Shown here one piece after another: positions 8,671 through 16,749 of a stretch of 64,000 nt of DNA (position 1 is its first letter; each line of letters begins with the position of its first letter). The DNA is from a virus. Made by a program: the position numbers and the translations under genes. The stretch lies in IMG/VR virus record IMGVR_UViG_3300046532_001046, positions 36,419 to 100,418 of that record. One strand, given 5' to 3'. A model generated the notes under the pieces. It ran no database searches, was not told the origin of the DNA, and was given only the letters and a program-made list of their open reading frames with translations.

Positions 8671-8700
8671 ACCGTACTACCAACGCAGGGAGAATAGCAA
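8671..8700 (-). promoter_or_regulatory. Early promoter P5 (diverged copy)
   Basis: TTGCTA-N18-TACGGT with spacer TTCTCCCTGC. Confidence 0.65.
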
Positions 8701-8720
8701 GGGATATTAGAAGAAAGTTA

Positions 8721-9110
8721 CTATCGGGGTGGAGGATTACCCGGAGTCTGCATCAGTCCCTTGACAAACCGTACTGGATTGAGCGCTTGCTTGACCGACA
8801 TTCGATCTGGATTAGCCCGCATAGAAGCGAGGTGCTCCGCACCTTGACGAGCGAACGGCAGGATGGGAGAACTGGCCGCAATCATCAGACCAGTGTCTGC
8901 GGGCAACGCTCCAGTAGCGGCTCCAATAACTCCAGCGGAGTACGTAGCCAGCGTGGCTGCCTGAGTGCTCCTACTGGCTGAGTCAAAGCCCTTCCTTGCT
9001 ATGGTCGCACCCGTCTGTGCAGCCCCCTTGACACCCTCACGCACACCTACAGGGATCTGGTCCTCCATAGGGCTGAAGTCAGACCATTGAGGTCCAGTGG
9101 GCGTGGGCAC
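8721..9110 (-). CDS. Hypothetical Gly/Ala-rich protein, probably leaderless
   Basis: TGG-TATTAT 6 nt before the GTG start. Hydrophobic Ala/Gly segment. Confidence 0.6.
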   Translation of the reverse strand: MPTPTGPQWSDFSPMEDQIPVGVREGVKGAAQTGATIARKGFDSASRSTQAATLATYSAGVIGAATGALPADTGLMIAASSPILPFARQGAEHLASMRANPDRMSVKQALNPVRFVKGLMQTPGNPPPR

Positions 9111-9128
9111 ACCACAATAATACCACGA

Positions 9129-9239
9129 TCACCCTGACACCTTAGTGTACAGGATCAAGTATCCCATAAAGATACTTAAAGCGAGGATGATTGACAATGG
9201 AATGAGTGTCACGTACCAGTTTCTTAGAAACTTAAGCAA
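9129..9239 (-). CDS. Small membrane peptide (about 36 aa)
   Basis: TTG 9239 after GGAAGG. One transmembrane segment. Confidence 0.45.
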   Translation of the reverse strand: MLKFLRNWYVTLIPLSIILALSIFMGYLILYTKVSG

Positions 9240-10023
9240 CCGAACCTTCCCAACATTTCTTTGACGGATTCCAGTGATGTACGCCACTGCTGTAGTATAG
9301 CCATGCGGCGGTGGCGACATTGGCTCGCCCGTGGAACGGGGGGTAGTCCTTAAAGCCCGCCTTACCGGAACGCTCAACCCAGTACTTCGCCAAGTGTTGA
9401 AACCAGCCGATGGCTAGAGCCGATGACACCGAGGTAGACCCTATGTCCCAACTCCGTCCACTGGACTCACAGAAGGCGATCCTCTGAGCGAGTGCCCTGT
9501 CCTCGGGCAGGAAGTATTCGTTTATCAGTTCTCCCAGAGTCGGAAGTTCATAGTGCTCGTCACCCGACAAGCACCCGTGTGAACAGGGCGTCGGTGATTG
9601 CATGACCTCAGGGTAGAAGTACAGGATGGCAGACATGGGATTACCGAACGATTTGATGTGTGCCTTGCGGGTCTGTGGTCCGTAGACGCCATCGACGTAG
9701 TCCATCCCCAGTTCCTCTTGGAGGGCCACAATCTGTGGGCCTTTGTCGTAGTAGTTATAGCGCTCAGTAAGCGGACTACGAGTATTGCTGGGTGACGATG
9801 AAGTGGTGGTAGACGACGGGGAGGTGGTTGAGGTGGTGGGGGGATCAACAACGACCCCGCCGTCTACCGGGTGGAGGTGCGGGGAATCGAACCCCGGTGC
9901 AGCAATCGTCCGCGTGCGGGTTTCCTTGCTATCGAAGCCATCCTCACCCCCTAGGTCACTAGCATACCACCCTAGTTGCATGACTGTGAGTATTCCTAAG
10001 GTTAGTACTCGTGCCAGAAACAT
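9232..10023 (-). CDS. Exported/anchored lytic transglycosylase-like protein with peptidoglycan-binding motif
   Basis: N-terminal hydrophobic signal, T/S/P linker, ALQ..L...VDGVYGPQT (PG-binding), then IAFCESSG...GWFQ...ANVATAAWLY...G..HW (SLT/lysozyme-like). Confidence 0.75.
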   Translation of the reverse strand: MFLARVLTLGILTVMQLGWYASDLGGEDGFDSKETRTRTIAAPGFDSPHLHPVDGGVVVDPPTTSTTSPSSTTTSSSPSNTRSPLTERYNYYDKGPQIVALQEELGMDYVDGVYGPQTRKAHIKSFGNPMSAILYFYPEVMQSPTPCSHGCLSGDEHYELPTLGELINEYFLPEDRALAQRIAFCESSGRSWDIGSTSVSSALAIGWFQHLAKYWVERSGKAGFKDYPPFHGRANVATAAWLYYSSGVHHWNPSKKCWEGSVA

Positions 10024-10046
10024 AGTTCCCCCTACACTGTTGGTGG

Positions 10047-10433
10047 CTACAGAATGTCAAAGAGCATCCTGCTTGGTTCATCATACTCGGGGTCACCTTG
10101 GTTTGGCAAGAGGTCCGGGTCGATTGGTTCCGAAAGCATACGTTCCTCGTGTGCTAACCAACACTTACCACACCGGCAGCCACGTCTGTAGTCCTCCCAC
10201 TTTCCATGAGCCGTGGATGACTTCTTACGCTCCTTGGGAGTCAGCCCACCGAACATTCCCCACTTCTCGTCCTGTCCCACCTTTAAGCATGTCTCCCACA
10301 CGGGACAGGTTGAGCACACGACTCGGCCCATCTCGTACCACTGGTTAGGGTCCTTGGCCTCCATCGGGGGGTACCACATAAACTGGGCTTTCCCCCGGCA
10401 GGGGGCCTCTTTTATCCAATCGGGTGTTTCCAT
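10047..10433 (-). CDS. whiB: WhiB-family (Wbl) Fe-S transcription factor with an extra C-terminal Zn-like motif
   Basis: W...A.C...C..CPV...C...WGMFGGLT.ER, plus HG...Y..GCRCGKC tail. Confidence 0.85.
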   Translation of the reverse strand: METPDWIKEAPCRGKAQFMWYPPMEAKDPNQWYEMGRVVCSTCPVWETCLKVGQDEKWGMFGGLTPKERKKSSTAHGKWEDYRRGCRCGKCWLAHEERMLSEPIDPDLLPNQGDPEYDEPSRMLFDIL

Positions 10434-10456
10434 CCAACCATCCCATGTTGTCCCGG

Positions 10457-10630
10457 CTAGTCATCATCGCATATCTCACACTTTCTGCACACACCATCCC
10501 ACGTAAGGTCAGAGAGTGGTACTGCTGTCTGTCCTTTGATGCAGTACCCATACTCAACTCCTGAGGAGTCAACCAACGTAGGATCGTCGTCGCTGTCGTC
10601 GCTGTCGTAGTATTCGATTACAGGGCTCAC
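10457..10630 (-). CDS. Small acidic Cys-containing protein (57 aa, MSPVIEYYDSDDSDDD...CRKCEICDDD)
   Basis: Translated by hand. Fills the gap between neighbouring genes; below the ORF-track cutoff. Confidence 0.55.
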   Translation of the reverse strand: MSPVIEYYDSDDSDDDPTLVDSSGVEYGYCIKGQTAVPLSDLTWDGVCRKCEICDDD

Positions 10631-10634
10631 CTTA

Positions 10635-12065
10635 TCAGTCCACTACCTCGGCGTCATGGATCTCTTCTAACAGCCGATTACTCTGCTCTGCGTTAAAGCC
10701 ACCGCCGGGGAGGGTTTGTGCAGCCCTCCCTGCCTCGGCTCCAAACAGGCGGGACAGCACCCCGCTAGTTCCTCTGGTCTCCATTGAGATGGACAGCATC
10801 TCACGAGATTCGTTCACGGTCTTCATCTTGTCGATGAGTGTGAACAGCCGATCCATCTCGGCAGAGAGGGCCGGGTCCAACCCCTGCCCCTCCAGTTCTT
10901 CGGCAAAGCGAGCGAACAACACACGACTCGCCTGAATCTCAATCATCACCCGCATGGCTGCATTCAGTTGGTCCTTGGTGCGTATCTCCACGGGCAACTT
11001 AAAGCCACACTCGGAATGTTCCTTGAATGCCGGACACCTCGCCGCCAGATAGCAACTATCGCACTGTCTCAGGAGGGTGTCGCCGGTAACTAAAGTGTTT
11101 ACGACGTTGGGAGCGATTTCGGTGTATTGTCCCTGCTCATCAGTGGTTTGTTCCCCCAATGACGTGATGGCCTCAATACCGATACCCGGTAACAACACCT
11201 TCTCATCTTCGTGCCGCTTTAACACAACACCGATAGCAAGATCAGATGTGTGTGAAACCCCAGCATGTCCATCAGGGTCTCCTCCCCCGATAGCAACTAT
11301 CTGGGGGTCATCTGTACCCCCATCACCGTCTGCGTTGTAGTCACGGGAAGGGTCATAGCCCGACGAACCCGACCATGCTTGCCACGACCGGATCGCCAAT
11401 AGTCCCATCGCTGACACTGAGTCTTCCATGACCTCCCCGAAGTCCACACCCAGCCTCAGGATGTCAGCCCGGTGGCGCTTGCGTGCGCTCTCCTTCTGCT
11501 GGGCAGGGTACCGACGCAGACCATGCCCGTCCCACACCTGTGTCTCTCCGTACCGTATTACTGAGGTCCATGACCCAACCACCACTGAGTCCCACGGTCC
11601 AGCGTCGATGGAGTCCACCTTGGACGTGAGGGCAATCATCTTGGTGCCCCACCTCTGGTGGAGTTGGTTGATGCGGGGCAGGGTCTTACCAGTAATGGCT
11701 TTGTCACTTAAAGCGACCCTTCCATGCTTCTGGCACAGCCACGCCAGACGCTCTAGGTCCTCTTTATCGTTCCAGATCGGTACGTACTTTTCGCCCAGCC
11801 AGTCCCCCTCATAGTTGGGTGGACAGATGACTACGTCTAGGTCCTCCTCATGCTGGCGAATGAACGAGTCAAACCTATGGAGATCCTCGTCGGTTTCTGA
11901 GGTGTACACGAGGATGTCTCCACCCTCAAACTTATCGCTGAGGATGAGTTCCTTACGTTTGGGGATGGACAACTGAGTGAGGTTGACACCGAACGACGTG
12001 ACTCCAGCGGACAGGAGAATGGATAGATAAGAACCCTTCTCAGCGCCACCAAAGTAGACCTTCAA
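10635..12065 (-). CDS. Possible TGT-fold/DpdA-like DNA-modification protein with C-terminal Cys4 cluster
   Basis: MKVYFGGAE start, DSV...SW...RYGE, CDSCYL..RCP......C and a helical tail resemble actinophage proteins annotated as queuine tRNA-ribosyltransferase-like. Recalled from memory, not searched. Confidence 0.45.
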   Translation of the reverse strand: MKVYFGGAEKGSYLSILLSAGVTSFGVNLTQLSIPKRKELILSDKFEGGDILVYTSETDEDLHRFDSFIRQHEEDLDVVICPPNYEGDWLGEKYVPIWNDKEDLERLAWLCQKHGRVALSDKAITGKTLPRINQLHQRWGTKMIALTSKVDSIDAGPWDSVVVGSWTSVIRYGETQVWDGHGLRRYPAQQKESARKRHRADILRLGVDFGEVMEDSVSAMGLLAIRSWQAWSGSSGYDPSRDYNADGDGGTDDPQIVAIGGGDPDGHAGVSHTSDLAIGVVLKRHEDEKVLLPGIGIEAITSLGEQTTDEQGQYTEIAPNVVNTLVTGDTLLRQCDSCYLAARCPAFKEHSECGFKLPVEIRTKDQLNAAMRVMIEIQASRVLFARFAEELEGQGLDPALSAEMDRLFTLIDKMKTVNESREMLSISMETRGTSGVLSRLFGAEAGRAAQTLPGGGFNAEQSNRLLEEIHDAEVVD

Positions 12066-12544
12066 TCCCTCTCTCCCCAGTTAGCCTCAGCCCGCATGAT
12101 CCTCTGTCGGTCAATCTCTGCCACCAGATCGTCCCACGGCTTGTTCCCACCAACCAGATCGCTCCGCCACTCAACACGAGGAACAGAAGGAGCAACGGCT
12201 ATTAACGTGGGTAGTCCGTCCTCCAGCGCCAACTGTGCTGTGTACGGGTCAATGTCCACGAACCAGCGGACATTACCGAAGGCATTACGCAACTGTGTGG
12301 CCCGGCGGACCTTCTCTTTCGGGGTGCTGTCCTTGGAGAAGTCAATCATGCTGGGCTTATAGCCCTCGGCCTTCAACCAGTGCTCTAAGTGGTCCTTGTC
12401 GTCCCTAATATCAGCAATGAGGACAATACTGCCGTTGTACTGCTGAAACAGCATGTTCCAGAGTCCACGACCTTCCACGCTGGGCTTCCGGGTACCGACC
12501 GTCTCGGAGGGTAGAGCCAAGGTATCCATCGTGATGAGGATCAT
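12062..12544 (-). CDS. Degenerate HAD-fold-like protein
   Basis: ILITMDTL (motif-I-like) and WFVDIDP (motif-IV-like). Confidence 0.5.
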   Translation of the reverse strand: MILITMDTLALPSETVGTRKPSVEGRGLWNMLFQQYNGSIVLIADIRDDKDHLEHWLKAEGYKPSMIDFSKDSTPKEKVRRATQLRNAFGNVRWFVDIDPYTAQLALEDGLPTLIAVAPSVPRVEWRSDLVGGNKPWDDLVAEIDRQRIMRAEANWGERD

Positions 12545-13081
12545 TTAGGACCCCGGTGTCCACAACTTCTTACCACCGACTCCATCGTTCGTGACTGTCC
12601 TATTGCGATTCACCGTGTCACCCTTTGTGCTATAAAGGCCCTTAGCACTACGGATCTTATACTGGTAGTACTCCTGCACCGGACAGAACATGCAGAGATA
12701 CATACGCTTATCCTTGGGTACCCCCATCTTTCGCCCGACAGTCTTTTCCTCACTGCAATAGTCCAAGCAGTCGGCCTTGGGTCGACCATGATTGGAGAAG
12801 CACTTGAGAGCGTCCTCTTTGAGGTCGTTACGCATCTCCCGCACTTCAACTTCATTCTTCATCAACTCCTTCTTGACCTCTGTCTCCATGTCAAGTTTGG
12901 AGGCTGTGTCGTCATCACAGCGGAAGATTTGAGACATATGGGACTCAGGGCGGGGGTCGTTGGCCTGATGCAGATGCTTCTTGATGATCTCCTGTAGTTC
13001 CATGTCGTACTCAGGAGGACCATCGTAGTCCAGCATGTTGTAGAGGGTGCCGCAAGGCTTACACACCAGTAGGCGTGGCAT
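12545..13081 (-). CDS. Hypothetical Cys-rich (Zn-binding) protein
   Basis: CKPC, C...H.RP...C, YLCMFCP. GGAG RBS. Confidence 0.7.
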   Translation of the reverse strand: MPRLLVCKPCGTLYNMLDYDGPPEYDMELQEIIKKHLHQANDPRPESHMSQIFRCDDDTASKLDMETEVKKELMKNEVEVREMRNDLKEDALKCFSNHGRPKADCLDYCSEEKTVGRKMGVPKDKRMYLCMFCPVQEYYQYKIRSAKGLYSTKGDTVNRNRTVTNDGVGGKKLWTPGS

Positions 13082-13121
13082 ATGTTGTACTCCGGGTTGT
13101 GGTTACTTGTTTAGAAACCTA

Positions 13122-13307
13122 TCAAACGATCTTAACAGGAAACCCATCTGGGTCTAGGCCATAGTGCCACGGTAGTTCACGGGCACGAGTGGAGACGTTA
13201 GTCATGTCCACCTCACCACCACGATCAGGGGCGAGGTACTTACGTACACCATCGTTCTTCCCCTGAGCCATGTCCTGATTCATTGAGCGAGATTCGTTAA
13301 CTGCCAT
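13122..13307 (-). CDS. Small hypothetical protein, probably leaderless
   Basis: TAGGAT 6 nt before the ATG. Confidence 0.6.
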   Translation of the reverse strand: MAVNESRSMNQDMAQGKNDGVRKYLAPDRGGEVDMTNVSTRARELPWHYGLDPDGFPVKIV

Positions 13308-13319
13308 GTCTATATCCTA

Positions 13320-14051
13320 TCAGAAGTTGAGGGAGCGATTTGTACTATTAGGCATGTTGGGGAACGGAGTAGACTGCTGTGTAGCAGACTGCTGTACCCC
13401 AGACTGGCGGGTATGCGAACGTGATGAGGCTATTGACTGCACTGGTCCATGCTGTGGCTTCTGCCCAGTACCCAACCCCTGCTGGGGTCTGGTGCCCTGA
13501 CCTGCTCCCCCGTAAGGGGCACCGGGAATCATGGAACCCAGACCCTGTGCTCCGGGGTTTAGGGCCTTTGGAGCGGGGTTGAGGGCCTTAGGAGAACTGC
13601 CAGTGGTGATCTCCTTAGAATCTGCGTCAACCGTGTTACCACGGGATGATGGGGTATAACGTGGTGGGGGCTTTCCCTGTTCACCACCGGCCCATCCGCC
13701 TTGACCGCCTGCTCCCGGTGACGGGATTGGTCCGCCTTGGTTCCCAGTACCGCCTTGACCGCCTTGGTTCCCAGTGTTGTCAACGAAGACATTGGCCGTG
13801 AACCGGTCGTCCTCCTTCTTCTTCTTTCCAAGGATGGACTCACCCTTGTCTGGGTATCCCGTGATGGACTGTTGTGCAGCATCGCTACCTGTACGGTCAG
13901 CAGATACTCCTGCGCTCCCACCGGAGCCCTTGCCCATGACGTTGGTGCCCCCGCCACCGCCGCCCTTCTCGTAGGAGCCGGGCTGGAGGCCAGTATAGAA
14001 AGACTGGCCCTGAGCGGCCACATTCTCTGGGTTTACATAACGTGCTGCCAT
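13320..14051 (-). CDS. Gly/Gln/Pro-rich disordered protein
   Basis: ATG 14051 just after the upstream stop. GNQGG and PKALNP repeats. Confidence 0.65.
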   Translation of the reverse strand: MAARYVNPENVAAQGQSFYTGLQPGSYEKGGGGGGTNVMGKGSGGSAGVSADRTGSDAAQQSITGYPDKGESILGKKKKEDDRFTANVFVDNTGNQGGQGGTGNQGGPIPSPGAGGQGGWAGGEQGKPPPRYTPSSRGNTVDADSKEITTGSSPKALNPAPKALNPGAQGLGSMIPGAPYGGAGQGTRPQQGLGTGQKPQHGPVQSIASSRSHTRQSGVQQSATQQSTPFPNMPNSTNRSLNF

Positions 14052-14055
14052 CGCT

Positions 14056-14427
14056 CTACGCCCACATCGGTTGCATTGTGTACCGGTCGGAACCGGAGAA
14101 TGTATCGTCAACTAGAGAACCATTGTGAAGCATTACTGGTGCTCCAGACACCCACGAGCGGTAAGCCGGTACCTCTCGTGATGTGTTTAGTACACTCATT
14201 ATGCCATGTTCCATCTTGACGAAGCCTCGTACCTCAGGAAACAACTCCATGGGAACGACGGGACGTGTATTCCTGATGGTCTCGGGGTCGGAGATTGCCG
14301 ACTCCAGAGCGATGTCAACCAAGAACTCTTGACGGGTCTGCCAAGGCCGCTTCGTCTGCCGATACTGCTGCATCGGGAAGGACTGGGCAACGGGGCTCCC
14401 ACCGGGAGTGATCTGTTCGTTACTCAT
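14056..14427 (-). CDS. Hypothetical protein
   Basis: ATGA coupling to the upstream gene. Confidence 0.7.
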   Translation of the reverse strand: MSNEQITPGGSPVAQSFPMQQYRQTKRPWQTRQEFLVDIALESAISDPETIRNTRPVVPMELFPEVRGFVKMEHGIMSVLNTSREVPAYRSWVSGAPVMLHNGSLVDDTFSGSDRYTMQPMWA

Positions 14428-14957
14428 GTAGCCCGCCGTATCTGCCGTCTCTGTGCGAAAGCCGCTGTGATGACTCTGGTACTATGTTCCCCAGCCAGTC
14501 TGGTGCCCTCGGCACGCTGTTGGCGGTCCTTTCGCATGTCTTCGTCAGTCTCGCCTGCGTCCCACTGATCACGCACGGGCTCATGCTCACCGCCGACATA
14601 CTCGGGGTGATTCATCCACGTAAACTGGTCGGGGGATACGTTGTAGTACGCCCGTGTGTGCGTTGCGGTTATGTAGTTGCCTCCGACGTTGGAGGTCGCA
14701 TGGGTGCTCAGATCAGCACGGACGTTGGTTTCTAACTTGCCCTGCTTGACTAGGGCCTGTAGGTCTGTCCGTCGGGGGTGCTTCTCACCGTGACCGGGCG
14801 GGATAGGGCTAGGGGCAGGAGCACGTTGTGGCCGGAGTTCTACCTCACTGACTGCCTGACTACGACCCTTGGCGGCGCGGTGTTGACCAATCATGGCTAC
14901 CCGATTGAGGATGTCTCCCTGATCCTGCTCTATGGTTTCTGGAGACCTACGTGCCAT
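14424..14957 (-). CDS. Hypothetical Arg/Gln-rich protein
   Basis: TAATG coupling. Confidence 0.7.
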   Translation of the reverse strand: MARRSPETIEQDQGDILNRVAMIGQHRAAKGRSQAVSEVELRPQRAPAPSPIPPGHGEKHPRRTDLQALVKQGKLETNVRADLSTHATSNVGGNYITATHTRAYYNVSPDQFTWMNHPEYVGGEHEPVRDQWDAGETDEDMRKDRQQRAEGTRLAGEHSTRVITAAFAQRRQIRRAT

Positions 14958-15436
14958 TAGGCGATCCAGTCGTCGTTCTCGTCCAGCCCAAGATGCTGGT
15001 CCACCTCATCATTAGATCCGGGCTGCATCAGCCTTGAGATACGATCAAACTTGATCTCTTTAATCACCTCTGGGTGATCCGGTGGCAGGGGCGTGGCCTT
15101 ATAGGGATCTAAAGCCCTAGCGATAGTGTCGGGGTGCTCACCCTCCTGCCCACGCCCACGCCCAAGAATCTCTTGAGCGTGTAGGGAGATGGCCTGCGTA
15201 GCACGTCCTCTGCCACGGCTGCTGTCGGTTATTCCTTGCTGCCTTGCAGCAGTACGGCCACCGTGTACCTCGTGCTCCTGCCCCTTGTGGTGGGAGAGGG
15301 AGTTCTTGCGACCGTGTGACTTAGGCCGTTGTTGTGCGGCCCAACCCTCGGTGTCACCCTTGCCACCGGGACGATAGGCCCCCTCTGCGGCACGGGCACG
15401 AGCGTCATCTTCAGAGAAGTTGGACTGGGAACTCAT
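14957..15436 (-). CDS. Hypothetical disordered protein
   Basis: Tight operon packing. Confidence 0.7.
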   Translation of the reverse strand: MSSQSNFSEDDARARAAEGAYRPGGKGDTEGWAAQQRPKSHGRKNSLSHHKGQEHEVHGGRTAARQQGITDSSRGRGRATQAISLHAQEILGRGRGQEGEHPDTIARALDPYKATPLPPDHPEVIKEIKFDRISRLMQPGSNDEVDQHLGLDENDDWIA

Positions 15437-15438
15437 GG

Positions 15439-15672
15439 CTATCGTTCCCTCTGCCAGCGACCTGTCGGGCCTGTGTCAGGGCCTGTCAAGGCTGCGAACT
15501 CAATGTCCCCCAAGGCACCCTGATCCTCTCTTTCACCGTAGATGCCCTGCATGTACAGGTACTGCCGAAGTCGGGCAGCCTGAACTGGGTCCTTCTCACG
15601 AATGTTCTTAGGCCGACGTGGAGTGTCTGCCTTAGTACTATCGTCTGGTTGCTGTCCTCGGTGTGTTTGCAT
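15439..15672 (-). CDS. Hypothetical small protein
   Basis: TAATG coupling. Confidence 0.65.
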   Translation of the reverse strand: MQTHRGQQPDDSTKADTPRRPKNIREKDPVQAARLRQYLYMQGIYGEREDQGALGDIEFAALTGPDTGPTGRWQRER

Positions 15673-16184
15673 TATCGGTAAAGCGGCATCAGGTGACGGA
15701 GGCGAGACTGCCTCTCGGGGTTAATCGGTGTCTGTTCTGATCCCGGCTGATTCCTCCTCAACGCTTCGGCTCCACTTATTTTACCATCATTTGTGAGTCT
15801 CTTCGCTTCCGTCCCCACCGGAGCGAACCTCAAACCCTGTGACTCCAACTGGAGACTGGTGAACTTGTTGAACTCGTTGGGCCAGATGTAGTCAGTAGGG
15901 TTAATACGTTCACCCTTGTGAACACCACGGCTGTACTGCCGCAGGTTCATGCGTTCGATGTGGCCCAGTATCTTGTCGGCCCGCCTGTTGCCCTCCATGT
16001 TCCCCAGATAGCCATCTGGGAACTGGGTCTCTACGCCTGTGCGGTAGCCGGAGAGCAGGTAGTCCTTGGAACTACGGAAGTTCGGGGCCGGTCCTAGGGA
16101 CGCAGTGGTAGCAGCCCCCGGTGGTTCGTTGGGGCTATTCCAGTTAGCGAATACTGCTGCGTTAGCAGAGGTGCCCTCAGACAC
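15672..16184 (-). CDS. Hypothetical phage protein
   Basis: TAGTG coupling. FPDGYLG and YSRGVHKGERI look like conserved motifs. Confidence 0.7.
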   Translation of the reverse strand: MSEGTSANAAVFANWNSPNEPPGAATTASLGPAPNFRSSKDYLLSGYRTGVETQFPDGYLGNMEGNRRADKILGHIERMNLRQYSRGVHKGERINPTDYIWPNEFNKFTSLQLESQGLRFAPVGTEAKRLTNDGKISGAEALRRNQPGSEQTPINPERQSRLRHLMPLYR

Positions 16185-16384
16185 TACTTACCTCCGTCAC
16201 TGCTCAGTTTGGCGTCCGGCGCTTCATAGGTGCCCTTCCAAATGTTCTTCAGGTCACGGCCTGTCTGGACCATCCCTCCATTGGGTCCGTCGAACTGGGG
16301 GTCCTTCTCTAGTTCTGCGAAGAATCCTTTAAACCGGGAAGCACGGGGTGATCCCTGTCGGTCGGTGTCTCGTCCTAGTGGCAT
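16184..16384 (-). CDS. Shared-leader protein C (MPLGRDTDRQGSPRASR..., 66 aa)
   Basis: Start re-called to ATG 16384 (TAATG overlap). Confidence 0.75.
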   Translation of the reverse strand: MPLGRDTDRQGSPRASRFKGFFAELEKDPQFDGPNGGMVQTGRDLKNIWKGTYEAPDAKLSSDGGK

Positions 16385-16749
16385 TAGTACCCCGTACTCC
16401 CGCCAGTTGCCTTGTCGGCTAGATTGGAACCGGCTTTCATACCGAAGGACGTGGCCGCAGCCCCAGCCATCTTGCCCAGCAGGGGGCGGGCTGCGGCGGC
16501 GAGCAGTGGGAGGCCGTGAGTGCCCTCTTCCTCGTAAGTGTCGTTCTGAGGATCTACGAGGTCCCCCAAGTCGTCCCGGAGCCAACCGTGGGCAGGGTCG
16601 TGTTCCTGTATTGACCCATCATCGTAAATGATAGGGGCCGGGTTGCCTGCTTCAGCGGCCTGCTCCTCGGCCCAAGCGTATTGGACCGGGTCAAAGTCAC
16701 GGTGGGCTCGGCCACTGCCCTGTCGGTCGGTATCTGGTCCTATTGGCAT
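16384..16749 (-). CDS. Shared-leader protein B (MPIGPDTDRQGSGRAHR..., 121 aa)
   Basis: Start re-called to ATG 16749 (TAATG overlap). Amphipathic Gly/Ala C-terminus. Confidence 0.75.
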   Translation of the reverse strand: MPIGPDTDRQGSGRAHRDFDPVQYAWAEEQAAEAGNPAPIIYDDGSIQEHDPAHGWLRDDLGDLVDPQNDTYEEEGTHGLPLLAAAARPLLGKMAGAAATSFGMKAGSNLADKATGGSTGY

